A stretch of 64,000 nt of DNA from Anaerohalosphaeraceae bacterium (GCA_050309605.1 JBNRMN010000092.1:17928-81927), one strand, 5' to 3'; shown: positions 12,090 to 22,052, counted from the stretch's first letter. Numbers and translations are program-made. The notes: generated by a model not told the origin, from the letters alone.

Positions 12090-12147
12090 TGTCTATCCTT
12101 TCGTCGCATTTAACCGCATTAAACGCTATCTATTTTCCGATAAACCT

Positions 12148-13059
12148 TCAGAAATCGTCTGCCTTGCGATAGGCGTCAATGAGCACTCTCTCACCCTCTC
12201 GGCCGCCGGCGCTGATGCCGTGTTCCATACAGATCACGCCGTCATAGCCTTTTTGATGCAAATGCTTGAAGATATTGCGATAATTGATCTCGCCGGTGCC
12301 CGGCTCTCGTCGTCCGGGGTTGTCGCCGACGTGGAAACTGGCGATTTCACCCCAGGCATTGTCGATATTGGGGATCAGATTGCCCTCGGTAATCTGCTGA
12401 TGGTACAGGTCATTGACGATCTTGCAGCAGGGATGGTTCACCGCCCGGCAGATGGCATAGGTCTGCGAGATCGTCGTCAAAAACAGCCCCGGATGGTCGC
12501 GTTTATTCAGCGGCTCCAACACAATCACCAATCCTGATTCTTCGCAGACCTCGGCAATGTATTTCAGGTTTTCTATAACATTGGCCGTCTGATAGCCCCA
12601 ATCCATTCGCTGGTTATACCGACCGGGGACCATCAGGCCCCATTTGGCGCCGGTGCGCTGGGCCGTTTCGATGCCGCTGCGGACGCGATTGATCAAATCC
12701 CGCCGGATGTCCGCATCATTCAGGACAAAGCTTTCCTTGCCGAAATCCGCATAAATGACGAACGGCCCCATCTCCATATTCCGCTCGCGCAGGGCGTTGC
12801 CGATGCGTTCCTGCAAATCGGCCGGTTTGCCCATCAGGCCGTTGTCAAAAATCGCCCGAAACCCCTGATCGTGCATAAATCGAATCCCGTCAATCAGATC
12901 ATTTCCGGCGTGCTGACGAAATCGTCCGATGTCGGGGGCATACTTGAGTTTGAAAGGGGTGTTCGAAGACGTGTGTTCCGCTGCCCCTGCTGTACCCAAA
13001 CCGGTCGAAAGGGCGGTTCCCGCGGCCAGACTGCTTGCTAAAAAATGACGTCGATCCAT
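12148..13059 (-). CDS. Hyi/xylose-isomerase-like TIM barrel protein, Tat signal
   Basis: MDRRHFL; LEPLN, DLYHQQITEGNL, HVGDNPGRREPGTGEINY; GGAGG RBS. Confidence 0.88.
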   Translation of the reverse strand: MDRRHFLASSLAAGTALSTGLGTAGAAEHTSSNTPFKLKYAPDIGRFRQHAGNDLIDGIRFMHDQGFRAIFDNGLMGKPADLQERIGNALRERNMEMGPFVIYADFGKESFVLNDADIRRDLINRVRSGIETAQRTGAKWGLMVPGRYNQRMDWGYQTANVIENLKYIAEVCEESGLVIVLEPLNKRDHPGLFLTTISQTYAICRAVNHPCCKIVNDLYHQQITEGNLIPNIDNAWGEIASFHVGDNPGRREPGTGEINYRNIFKHLHQKGYDGVICMEHGISAGGREGERVLIDAYRKADDF

Positions 13060-13282
13060 AACAGACCTCCATAACAGAGACAAAATATCAGTTTACATCG
13101 CAATAGGGTCAATCATCCATCTCCCCTGATGCAATGCCACTATACGCTAAATTTTCTCAAAAAACAACGAGGCACGGAAAAAGACGCTTTGATGGTCTTT
13201 CTTATTGCACAAAGACCGTCGCGGTCGTTATCGAGTCGTTGTTTCAGCGTTTCTGTTTCAGTCGTTTTGACGATCAGCAGCG

Positions 13283-14857
13283 TCATTCATTGAGCGTGCC
13301 GGCGTCTTTGAGCAGTTTATATTCGACGCTGTCCACCAGCGCCAGCCAGCTTGCTTCGATGATATTTTCCGACGCCCCGACGGTTCCCCACATATCCTGC
13401 GAGTCGCGGCTTTCGATGACCACACGGACCCGCGCCGCCGTACCCGCACGGGCGTTGACCACACGCACCTTATAATCAATCAGGCTCATGCTCTTGATGT
13501 TCGGATAAAACGCCTCCATGGCTTTGCGCAAGGCCCCGTCCAGGGCGTTGACCGGGCCGTCGCCCTCGCTGACCACGTGCTCGATCCGCCCATCGACAGA
13601 CAGTTTAACAGTCGCCTCGGTGATCATTCGACCGGACTCGGCGCGTTCGATATCGACGTGATACTTAATCAGCTCAAAACTGGGCTGATATGTCCCCAGC
13701 AGTTTTTTGATGAGCAGGTCAAAACTGGCCTCGGCGGTTTCGAACTGATAGCCTTCTTTCTCCAGTTCCTGAACTTTCTGCAAAATGGCACGCGCGACCT
13801 GTCTGTCGCTGACGATTTTTTTCTTTTCGAGTTTGTCCAGTACATTGGACGCTCCGGACAATTCCGAAATCAAAAACCGGCGTTCATTGCCCACCAGTTC
13901 GGGCGAAATATGCTCATAGGTTTTCTGATTCTTGCGGATGGCGTCAATGTGCAGTCCGCCCTTATGGGCAAACGCGCTTTCACCGACATACGGCATATGC
14001 GTAACCGGCGTCAGATTGGCGATTTCGAAGGCAAACCGCGACACCTCCGTCAAGCTGCGCAGATTCTCGTCCCCGACGGTTTCATACCCCATTTTCAGCG
14101 ACAGATTGGGGATAATCGTACAGAGATTGGCGTTGCCGGTGCGTTCGCCCAGACCGTTGAGCGTGCCCTGAACGTGGCGCGCGCCGGCGCGTACCCCGGC
14201 CAGCGAGTTGGCCACCGCACAGTCCGAGTCATTGTGGCAGTGGATGCCGATGGTCGCGCCGGACAAGCTCTGACAAACCGTTCGGGTTATTTCATAGACC
14301 TCATCCGGAAGCGCCCCGCCGTTGGTTTCGCACAGGGCAATCGTGTCGGCGCCGGCTTCAGCAACAGCGGCCAGCACCTTCAACGCATAGTCCGGATTGT
14401 TCTTGTAGCCGTCGAAAAAGTGCTCCGCGTCAAAAATGACCTCACGACCCTGTTTTTTCAGATAGGCCACCGAATCGGCGCAAAGTACAATATTGTCTTC
14501 CAGACCGCACCGCAGCACATCGGTGACGTGCATATCCCACGTCTTGCCGACAATCGTAATCACCGGCACATCACAGGCCAGCAGGGCGGCGATACCGGCG
14601 TCGTGTTCGACCGGATTATTCGCCCGCCGGGTGCTGCCGAACGCCGCGATGCGCGCATGCTCGAATGGAATCTCGCTAAGCCGACGGAAAAACTCCTCTT
14701 CCTTGGGATTGCTCAGCGGAAACCCGCCTTCGATATAATCAATACCGAACTCGTCGAGCCGTCGGGCCAAAAGCAGCTTGTCCTCAACCGAAAAACTGAT
14801 GCCCTCGGCCTGCATCCCGTCCCGCAGCGTCGTATCGTAAATCTTTACTTTTTGCAT
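13283..14857 (-). CDS. cimA: Citramalate synthase
   Basis: YDTTLRDGMQAEG, IVGKTWDMHV, FDAEHFFDG, HCHND, GERTGNANL, AFAHKGGLH, C-terminal LeuA-type regulatory domain. Confidence 0.93.
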   Translation of the reverse strand: MQKVKIYDTTLRDGMQAEGISFSVEDKLLLARRLDEFGIDYIEGGFPLSNPKEEEFFRRLSEIPFEHARIAAFGSTRRANNPVEHDAGIAALLACDVPVITIVGKTWDMHVTDVLRCGLEDNIVLCADSVAYLKKQGREVIFDAEHFFDGYKNNPDYALKVLAAVAEAGADTIALCETNGGALPDEVYEITRTVCQSLSGATIGIHCHNDSDCAVANSLAGVRAGARHVQGTLNGLGERTGNANLCTIIPNLSLKMGYETVGDENLRSLTEVSRFAFEIANLTPVTHMPYVGESAFAHKGGLHIDAIRKNQKTYEHISPELVGNERRFLISELSGASNVLDKLEKKKIVSDRQVARAILQKVQELEKEGYQFETAEASFDLLIKKLLGTYQPSFELIKYHVDIERAESGRMITEATVKLSVDGRIEHVVSEGDGPVNALDGALRKAMEAFYPNIKSMSLIDYKVRVVNARAGTAARVRVVIESRDSQDMWGTVGASENIIEASWLALVDSVEYKLLKDAGTLNE

Positions 14858-15027
14858 AGTTAGGGTCTTCTTAGTCGAATCATCAAAAGCCTATATTATA
14901 CGCAAAATTCGCCGAAAGTAAATAGAGAAAACCACTTTTTGCGGACGGGGTCGTTCTGACTTTGCCCGGCTCTTGGCAGACTCACAGGCCGGCGTTATAA
15001 TGGCCTGACAAAACAGGAGAACAAACG

Positions 15028-15831
15028 ATGCCTTATGTACACGGTTATTCGGCGCGCGAGACGCAGCGGCTGTATGAACAGGCCGAGATATTAGAGGACA
15101 TTCTGCATTCGGATACGTCCTATCCCGCCGGTGCGAAGGTGCTCGAGGCCGGCTGCGGCGTCGGCGCCCAGACGCGCCTGCTGGTCAAACGCAGCCCGCA
15201 GGCGGTCTTTACCTGCATCGACATCTCCGAAACGTCACTGGCCTCGGCCGGCCGCCTCAAAGACGCCCACGGCTTCGAGCAGGTCACATTCGAACAGGCC
15301 GAGATCCACCACCTGCGGTTTGCCGATGCGTCGTTTGACCACGTTTTTGTGTGTTTTGTGCTGGAACACCTGGACGACCCCGTCGCCGCACTGAAAGAAC
15401 TCAAACGCACCCTCCGCCCCGGCGGGACACTGACCGTCATCGAAGGCGACCACGGCTCGTGCTTTTGGCACCCCGAAACGCCCGCCGGCCGCTGCGCTTG
15501 GCACAGCCTCATCGCCGCCCAGCAGGCCAACGGCCACGACCCGCTCATCGGACGCCGGCTGACCCCGCTGCTGACCGCCGCCGGCCTGGCCGTGGCGTCC
15601 TGCCGACCCGCCTGGCTCTGGGCCGACCGCCTGGCCCCCGACCTGCGCGACGGCATGGTCAACCACATCATCGTCCCAATGGTCCAGTCGGCGCGCCGAC
15701 AGATTCTTGACGATGCACTGCTCGACACGAAAACCTTCGAACAGGGCTGCGCCGAGATCGCCGCCGTCGATACCTGCGAGGAAGGTACTTTTTTCTACAC
15801 CTGGTTCAAAGCCGTCGCCCAACTTATATAG
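15028..15831 (+). CDS. Class I SAM-dependent methyltransferase
   Basis: VLEAGCGVGAQT, FDHVFVCFVLEHL, LRPGG; AGGAG RBS. Confidence 0.9.
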   Translation: MPYVHGYSARETQRLYEQAEILEDILHSDTSYPAGAKVLEAGCGVGAQTRLLVKRSPQAVFTCIDISETSLASAGRLKDAHGFEQVTFEQAEIHHLRFADASFDHVFVCFVLEHLDDPVAALKELKRTLRPGGTLTVIEGDHGSCFWHPETPAGRCAWHSLIAAQQANGHDPLIGRRLTPLLTAAGLAVASCRPAWLWADRLAPDLRDGMVNHIIVPMVQSARRQILDDALLDTKTFEQGCAEIAAVDTCEEGTFFYTWFKAVAQLI

Positions 15832-15879
15832 GTAAGCGTTCACCGTATTCATGCTGGAGAACAACGATGTTAAATTCTT

Positions 15880-15965
15880 TCGGCCTGAAAGGCCATTTGA
15901 CCTTAGCCCGGCCCAGCGGGGGCGGGGTGGAAATGCACATGACAGCCTTCGCCCTGAAAGGGCAG
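15880..15965. repeat. REP-like palindrome pair (second REP family)
   Basis: GGCCTGAAAGGCC (15882-15894) and GCCCTGAAAGGGC (15951-15963) flanking TAGCCCGGCCCAGCGGGGGCGGGG. Confidence 0.55.
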
Positions 15966-16116
15966 GATAGCGGCAGGGGATGCGACTCTTTTAGAGCCAA
16001 TCCGGAAGAATGTCTTACATCCAGGCAAAATGTAAAGAAGTGACGAAGATGCATTCTTGAAATGCTCCTTGTTTATGCTTATGTTTCTGAAAGAGACCCT
16101 GTTTTAAGGAATTCAA

Positions 16117-17283
16117 ATGAAGATCGTAGCGGATCAGAATATCCCGTTTGTTGAGGCGTGTTTTTCGTCGATTGGACAGGTCAAAACCCTTCCGGGGCGT
16201 GCCTTGACCGCCGAGCAGGCGGCCGATGCGGACGTGCTGCTGGTGCGCAGCGTCACCCAGGTCGATGAATCGCTGCTGTCCGGCAGCCGTGTTCAATTTG
16301 TCGCGACGGCGACCATTGGCATCGAGCACGTCGATACCGACTACCTGGCCGCACAGGGGATCGGCTTTGCCTCAGCGCCCGGCTCGAACGCCAACAGCGT
16401 CGCCGAGTATGTCGTCGCTGCCTTGCTGAAGCTGGGCAAAAAATACAGCATTGAATTGGCCGGCACGTCCATCGGCGTCATCGGCGTGGGCAATGTCGGC
16501 TCGCGCGTCGCCCATAAGTGCGCCGCACTGGGGATGGCGGTCAGACTCAACGACCCGCCGCTGGCTCGGCAGACCGGCGACCCGAAGTATCGCCCGCTCA
16601 ATGCACTGTACGACTGCGATTGTATCACCCTGCACACCCCGCTGACCCGGCAGGGACCGGACAAAACCTATCACCTGGCCGATGCGGCGTTTTTCAAATC
16701 ACTCAAGCCGGGCGCGTTTTTTCTCAACACCTCGCGCGGCGGCGTTCACGACACGGCCGCACTCAAAAACGCAACAGCCGACGGCAAGTTGGGCGGGGTT
16801 GTGCTGGATGTGTGGGAAAATGAGCCGAACATCGACGCCGATCTGCTCGGCCGGGTCGATCTGGCCACCCCGCACATCGCCGGCTATTCATTTGACGGTA
16901 AGGTCATCGGAATGCTGATGATTTATCGCGCTGTCTGTGAGCATTTCGGCCTGAGGCCGGTACACACCGAGGCGGATTTTCTGCCTGCTCCGGATGTACC
17001 CGAAATCGCCCTGACGTCTAAACAGCTTGACGCCCCCGGGGAACAGATCATCGATCAGGTCGTTCGGCAGGTCTATGACATCCGCCGGGACGATTTGAAT
17101 ACGCGCAAGATGCTGGCCTTACCGCCGACGCAGCGCAGCGCATTGTTTGACCGCCTCCGCAAGGAGTATCCCCGACGACGCGAATTTCACAATACCACGG
17201 TGGTTTTGCCAAACAGCGACCGGTCTTATCCGCTGGCCCAGGTCTTGCGCGGCATCGGTTTTCAGGTTCGGGAGCAACGATGA
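16117..17283 (+). CDS. pdxB: 4-phosphoerythronate dehydrogenase
   Basis: MKIVADQNIP, LLVRSVT, APGSNANSVAEYV, GVGNVG, LDVWENEP, TPHIAGYS, FDRLRKEYPRRREF. Confidence 0.95.
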   Translation: MKIVADQNIPFVEACFSSIGQVKTLPGRALTAEQAADADVLLVRSVTQVDESLLSGSRVQFVATATIGIEHVDTDYLAAQGIGFASAPGSNANSVAEYVVAALLKLGKKYSIELAGTSIGVIGVGNVGSRVAHKCAALGMAVRLNDPPLARQTGDPKYRPLNALYDCDCITLHTPLTRQGPDKTYHLADAAFFKSLKPGAFFLNTSRGGVHDTAALKNATADGKLGGVVLDVWENEPNIDADLLGRVDLATPHIAGYSFDGKVIGMLMIYRAVCEHFGLRPVHTEADFLPAPDVPEIALTSKQLDAPGEQIIDQVVRQVYDIRRDDLNTRKMLALPPTQRSALFDRLRKEYPRRREFHNTTVVLPNSDRSYPLAQVLRGIGFQVREQR

Positions 17284-18134
17284 ACAGGCCGTCAGAGTTT
17301 CTTGAATGGCCAAGCGGCCGGCTGGATTTTTCCGGCGGCTGTCGGGTAATGGGCATTGTCAACGTCACGCCCGACTCGTTCAGCGACGGCGGACAATTGT
17401 TCGACGTGGACAAGGCCGTGGCCGGCGGCCTGGAAATGGTCCGACAGGGCGCAGCCATTCTCGATGTCGGCCCCGAATCCACCCGTCCCGGCGCAGCACC
17501 GGTATCTGTCGATGAACAAATCCGCCGTGCTGTGCCGGTCATTCGGAAGCTGCGCGAGCACACCGCTATCCCCGTCAGCATCGACACACGCAATGCAGAG
17601 GTTGCCGCCGCAGCCCTTGACGCCGGCGCGTCCATGCTCAATGACATTACCGCGCTGAGCGATGAGGCGATGGCCCGCCTGGCCGCCGAGCGCCGCGTGC
17701 CGGTGGTTCTGATGCATATGCAGGGCACACCGGAGACAATGCAGCACAATCCTCGGTATGATGATGTCGTCGCCGAGGTACGCGATTTTCTCATGCAGCG
17801 TGCAAAACACGCCGAATCGATGGGACTTTCGAGTGATATGATTATTCTTGACCCCGGCATCGGCTTTGGCAAGACCACCGAGCACAACCTGCAACTGCTC
17901 AAGCGGCTGGAGGTGTTTGCCGGATTGGGTTATCGTCTGCTGGTCGGAACCAGCCGCAAACGATTCATCGGACAGCTCACCGGCAAAGACAACCCGACCG
18001 ACCGACTGTTCGGCACCGCCGCCACGGTCGCGCTGGCGGCATGGAAGGGCGCATCGGTCGTGCGCGTCCACGATACGGCAGCGATGGTTGATGTGGTCAG
18101 GGTCATCGCCGCTGTTCAGAACGCCGAGACCTGA
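17280..18134 (+). CDS. folP: Dihydropteroate synthase
   Basis: MGIVNVTPDSFSDGG, SIDT, DPGIGFGK, GTSRKRFIG, VRVHD. Confidence 0.97.
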   Translation: MNRPSEFLEWPSGRLDFSGGCRVMGIVNVTPDSFSDGGQLFDVDKAVAGGLEMVRQGAAILDVGPESTRPGAAPVSVDEQIRRAVPVIRKLREHTAIPVSIDTRNAEVAAAALDAGASMLNDITALSDEAMARLAAERRVPVVLMHMQGTPETMQHNPRYDDVVAEVRDFLMQRAKHAESMGLSSDMIILDPGIGFGKTTEHNLQLLKRLEVFAGLGYRLLVGTSRKRFIGQLTGKDNPTDRLFGTAATVALAAWKGASVVRVHDTAAMVDVVRVIAAVQNAET

Positions 18135-18997
18135 GCCTTGGCAAGCGAGGGGCGAAGCGTTTCGGCGACAGGAAAGGTAAAGGCTGTTTTTTCCAGATAC
18201 AGCGCCCGTCCGAAATCAAGCATCGTGTCATTGCCCACCACCGACACGGGCAAAGGCGATAACAGCAGATTGGCAAACATCGCCTTGATTGAACCGATCA
18301 CCCCTTCGGATCGGTCGGCTTTCTGGACGGAGGCCACCTCGACGCTCATACGAGGCGACTGCTCGCTGCGGCTGAACGTCAGGGTATTGACCCGTGCGAT
18401 GACGGGGTTTTCTCGGTTAGCATAGTGATACCGGTCGTTCTTGCGGGGCACATCATACAGGGCGATGGTCACGGGGCTTTTCAGACGGTCGCGCGTGAAG
18501 CTGACGGTGACCTGCTCGACGATGATGTCGTTCTCATGCACCTGCCCGACGGCGTCCACCCGTCCCAGACAAGGCCCGTCAATCTGAATCCACTCCAGCA
18601 GATTCTTGAGGCGGCGTTTCTTGGTGTCGCCGCCGCTGACCAGTGCAATCATTTCGTCGGGATCATAGACCACCCGATATAACCCGCCGCCGACGATCTC
18701 AAAATCGCAGGACAAAATAAATCCGTTATCGCGTTTTTCGTCACATCGACGACTGACAATGCCCGCGGTAAAGTTCGTATTGGGGTCGGTTGCGGTACTG
18801 ACCGCCGTCAGCGAAGTCAAAGGCACAAAATACATAAACGTATCAACCGAATTGGAGAGGGCCTCGGATGAATAGCCCAGCTTCAGCGTAGGCCCTGCGT
18901 CGGACCCGTCGTTCGCGTCTGCCTGCGCCGAGGCCGAAGCGCCCGTAACGCCCGCGGCGGCAAGTCCCATAAACATGACAATATAACGTATCCACAT
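18116..18997 (-). CDS. Hypothetical secreted protein
   Basis: Long ORF; signal-peptide-like MWIRYIVMFMGLAAAGVTGASASAQA after AAAGGA RBS; no family recognised. Confidence 0.7.
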   Translation of the reverse strand: MWIRYIVMFMGLAAAGVTGASASAQADANDGSDAGPTLKLGYSSEALSNSVDTFMYFVPLTSLTAVSTATDPNTNFTAGIVSRRCDEKRDNGFILSCDFEIVGGGLYRVVYDPDEMIALVSGGDTKKRRLKNLLEWIQIDGPCLGRVDAVGQVHENDIIVEQVTVSFTRDRLKSPVTIALYDVPRKNDRYHYANRENPVIARVNTLTFSRSEQSPRMSVEVASVQKADRSEGVIGSIKAMFANLLLSPLPVSVVGNDTMLDFGRALYLEKTAFTFPVAETLRPSLAKAQVSAF

Positions 18998-19111
18998 GGT
19001 ACAATCCTTTGGGTCGTATTTACCGTCTATGGGGGCATTATAACCGACTGCGTTCACGATGTCTGTTAAAATTTAGTTATTGTCGCGGTGGATGTCAAAT
19101 CCGAGCCTGCG

Positions 19112-19888
19112 TCAATAAGGAGGTTCCGGATAAGTAATTGCCGCCATCAGCGCCGCCCCGTAACGCTGCCAGAGCTGATCGGCGGTCAAACGATCATCGG
19201 CGCGTTCCAATTCCATCGTAATGGTCGCTATACCGAGCTTTTCACCGGCATACGCCCCGAATGAACCGGGTCGTGCTCCGAGCTTGTTGACCGGTAAATG
19301 GCAATAGGCCGCGATATGCTGAGCCAGCGCCTCGGCCGGACCGTCATAGTCAATACATTTGAGCGGCTGGTGAAGACTGACGACCCGAATCGGTCGGTAG
19401 TGTTCGATCAGGTCATATAATAATTTCGATTCGGGTTCGGAAAGGGCATAATACCCAAAGACAGACGTATTTTCACGGTTGGCCGCGGGAAAATTACGAT
19501 TCAGATCAATCCCATTGGCATTGCCGCGTACATTGCGCACCACACCGTCCGGGTTGGCGTTGGGAATAATCAGAATGCGGTATTTGTCCAGCAGATCGCA
19601 TCGATGGCGAAGCCGCTCCATCAGCCTGTAGCACAATGGAATCCCCGCCTGCTCATTACCGTGGATGGCCGCAAAAATAAAGATGGTTTCATATCCGCTG
19701 CCGGCCCTATATAAATCAATGGGACGCCGTTCAACCGAAAGCCCCAGCGTATGGACCGAAAAGGTTTGCGGCGTGGCAATCGGCCCGACCGCGGTCGCGC
19801 GTTCCATCCGGGTGCAGCCGCTCGGCAGGCCACACGCAATCATCCCGATAAGGATGTAAATCGTTTGTTTAACGGTTGTTTTTTGCAT
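19112..19888 (-). CDS. M14 zinc carboxypeptidase, murein peptide amidase A (MpaA)-like, probable lipoprotein
   Basis: AAIHGNE, NPDG, NANGIDLNRNFP, SEPES, VSLHQP, ITMEL; N-terminal LPSGC. Confidence 0.85.
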   Translation of the reverse strand: MQKTTVKQTIYILIGMIACGLPSGCTRMERATAVGPIATPQTFSVHTLGLSVERRPIDLYRAGSGYETIFIFAAIHGNEQAGIPLCYRLMERLRHRCDLLDKYRILIIPNANPDGVVRNVRGNANGIDLNRNFPAANRENTSVFGYYALSEPESKLLYDLIEHYRPIRVVSLHQPLKCIDYDGPAEALAQHIAAYCHLPVNKLGARPGSFGAYAGEKLGIATITMELERADDRLTADQLWQRYGAALMAAITYPEPPY

Positions 19889-20031
19889 TCGTCAAAGAGG
19901 GATTATAACGGTTCAAGGTTGCTTCAAAAACGATACATCTCAATGTTTATCGAACAATGAGGCCCAATTGCATTAGAAAACAATACAAACTCAAAGAAAT
20001 CGTCAAAAATGTCATTTTTTTGAAAAATTGT

Positions 20032-20057
20032 ATAAACTGTTTTTTCTCTGATACGTA
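20032..20057 (+). promoter_or_regulatory. Putative ECF-sigma promoter (AAAC-N16-CGTA)
   Basis: ATAAAC-tgttttttctctgata-CGTA about 70 nt upstream of the ORF at 20129. Confidence 0.45.
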
Positions 20058-20128
20058 TTTAGTCCACAATGTGAGATAAAAAAAGTCTTATTAACCGAAG
20101 TCATTGAAAAAAACGAAAGGGGACAACC

Positions 20129-20404
20129 ATGAACGCACATGTACTGAAGAAAATTCTGGCGGTTTGTGTCGTATTGGCGGTATCCGGCGCTGCGTGGGCC
20201 TGCGGCGGCAAGGGCGGCGACAAGGATAAAGGCAGCACCTCAACAGTGATCGCGAATGCGCAATACCTGGGGGGTGGCTGCGGCGGCGGCACTTGCGGTG
20301 ACAAGGACAAGAAAGACGCAGCCGCATTGTCGGATCAGGCACAGTATCTGGGCGGCGGCTGCGGCGGCTCGGATGACGGGACAAAGGACTGTCCTAAGAA
20401 ATAA
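20129..20404 (+). CDS. Small secreted Gly/Cys-rich repeat protein (91 aa)
   Basis: AAAGGGGA RBS; signal peptide ending AAWA; two AQYLGGGCGG repeats with synonymous codon differences; followed by terminator. Confidence 0.85.
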   Translation: MNAHVLKKILAVCVVLAVSGAAWACGGKGGDKDKGSTSTVIANAQYLGGGCGGGTCGDKDKKDAAALSDQAQYLGGGCGGSDDGTKDCPKK

Positions 20405-20423
20405 CAGGAATCCACAACCATTT

Positions 20424-20491
20424 GAAAAAGGCCGCCTTGGTGCGGTACGGCAGGTATGATGTTGTCGTGCGGCGCGGAGGCGGTTTTTTTG
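20424..20491. terminator. Bidirectional terminator-like hairpin
   Basis: AAAAAGGCCGCC...GGCGGTTTTTTT with long loop, between convergent genes. Confidence 0.55.
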
Positions 20492-20518
20492 TGCCGGTTC
20501 GGTCCGGCGGCGCGGGAC

Positions 20519-21250
20519 TTAGCGGCTGTGGTTTTTGGCGACGGTCGGCAGCTTTCCGCGGCAGCGATCGCAGGTGCACGCATGCACGATTTTCAGAGAG
20601 GACACGCCGAACAGCGAGCGGGTTTCCAGCAGTTTGGCTCCTTTGGCCTGCATTTTTCGCAACGCCACTTGCGCGGCGTTTTTATCCAGCGATCCGATAG
20701 CGTCATAGACCACAATCACATTTTTTTGCCGCACCAACAGCCCCAGCACGGTTGACAGAACCGAGGTTTCCGCCGGGCCGCCGATGACGATCAATTCATT
20801 GGCTTTCGTCTCAGTCAGAACCCGTTCGGCGCGCGGCTCATCAAACGGGTCAAGCGTGCGCTTGTACAATACAATCTGCTCGACATCCTGCATGCTTTCG
20901 CGAGGCAGATCGGTATTGTCGTCGGCGTCAAAAACGACATGACGATAGCGGAGCGTATAACGCAGTTTGCGAACGCCGTTGGTTCCGATGCGGCAATACG
21001 GCTCATGGTGGTCATTGGGCGGATGGATCAGGGCAGTGGAGATGACGCGGATATGCTCGCGTCTGGCCCAGGCCATCACCCGGCGAATATTGGCCAGCAC
21101 CCGCCGATGATTGCGAATGCACATTTGACCATCGGCCAGAAAAAAATCACGCTGCGTATCCACATCAATGAGGATGCGTTTCTTTCGCAGGTTCAAAATC
21201 GGCCGTATCATACGCAATCTGCCGTAGTTATAGTTATTTTGTGCATCCAT
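20519..21250 (-). CDS. Isochorismatase/nicotinamidase-like (cysteine hydrolase fold) protein
   Basis: IDVDTQRDF, YKRT.DPF, IVIGGPAETSVLSTV.G, VVYDAI; start uncertain (21250 or 21211). Confidence 0.8.
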   Translation of the reverse strand: MDAQNNYNYGRLRMIRPILNLRKKRILIDVDTQRDFFLADGQMCIRNHRRVLANIRRVMAWARREHIRVISTALIHPPNDHHEPYCRIGTNGVRKLRYTLRYRHVVFDADDNTDLPRESMQDVEQIVLYKRTLDPFDEPRAERVLTETKANELIVIGGPAETSVLSTVLGLLVRQKNVIVVYDAIGSLDKNAAQVALRKMQAKGAKLLETRSLFGVSSLKIVHACTCDRCRGKLPTVAKNHSR

Positions 21251-21419
21251 GCTGGTTCTACGAGCCTTATGCCGAGCGGTTCTCGTTTCATGTTCGTATC
21301 GTACCGTACAGGGCTTGACTTTATTACTATTTCGGCACAAAATAGGGTTTTCGTTCAGTTTTCAGCCTCATCGTTACCCTATATATATAAAGCAAGACAG
21401 AAAAATTACCAGAATAAAT

Positions 21420-22052
21420 ATGACGGCGCGACAGCTTCAGGATTACCCGGCGATTGCGGTCCGGACGGAAACGCTGGACGGACGGCTTGATTTCAAGGTG
21501 CTTTTCGGACGTTCCGGGCCGGTCGAGATTGAGATCGGCTCCGGCAAAGGCACATTTCTGCTCAACCAGGCCCGCGCATTCGAAAAAACGTGTTTTTTGG
21601 GTATTGAATGGGCTAATAAGTATTATCGCTATGCGGTGGATCGCATCGGTCGCTGGGGACTGCAAAACGTGCGGCTGATTCGCACCGACGCGGCTGAGTT
21701 TCTGGCCGAGCATGTGCCCGACGAAAGCGTCGATGGATTTCACCTGTATTTTCCCGATCCCTGGCCCAAAAAACGTCATCACAAACGACGATTTTTTTAT
21801 ACGGACAACCTGGCTCAGATGGCCCGATGCCTGAAGCCCGACGGCTGGATCAATATCGCCACTGACCATCAGGATTATTTTGACCAGATGCAGCAGGTCG
21901 CCCGACAGGCCGTTGAGGCCGGGCAGGCTCGACTCATTCCGTTTAAGCGTCCGGTCGGCGCCGGCCAGGGCGAACAGGTCGGCACCAATTATGAACGCAA
22001 ATACAGGAAAGAAGGTCGGCCCACTTATACGCTGGCCCTGCAAAAGCAATGA
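21420..22052 (+). CDS. trmB: tRNA (guanosine(46)-N7)-methyltransferase
   Basis: EIGSGKG, FPDPWPKKRHHKRR, ATDH, TNYERK. Confidence 0.95.
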   Translation: MTARQLQDYPAIAVRTETLDGRLDFKVLFGRSGPVEIEIGSGKGTFLLNQARAFEKTCFLGIEWANKYYRYAVDRIGRWGLQNVRLIRTDAAEFLAEHVPDESVDGFHLYFPDPWPKKRHHKRRFFYTDNLAQMARCLKPDGWINIATDHQDYFDQMQQVARQAVEAGQARLIPFKRPVGAGQGEQVGTNYERKYRKEGRPTYTLALQKQ

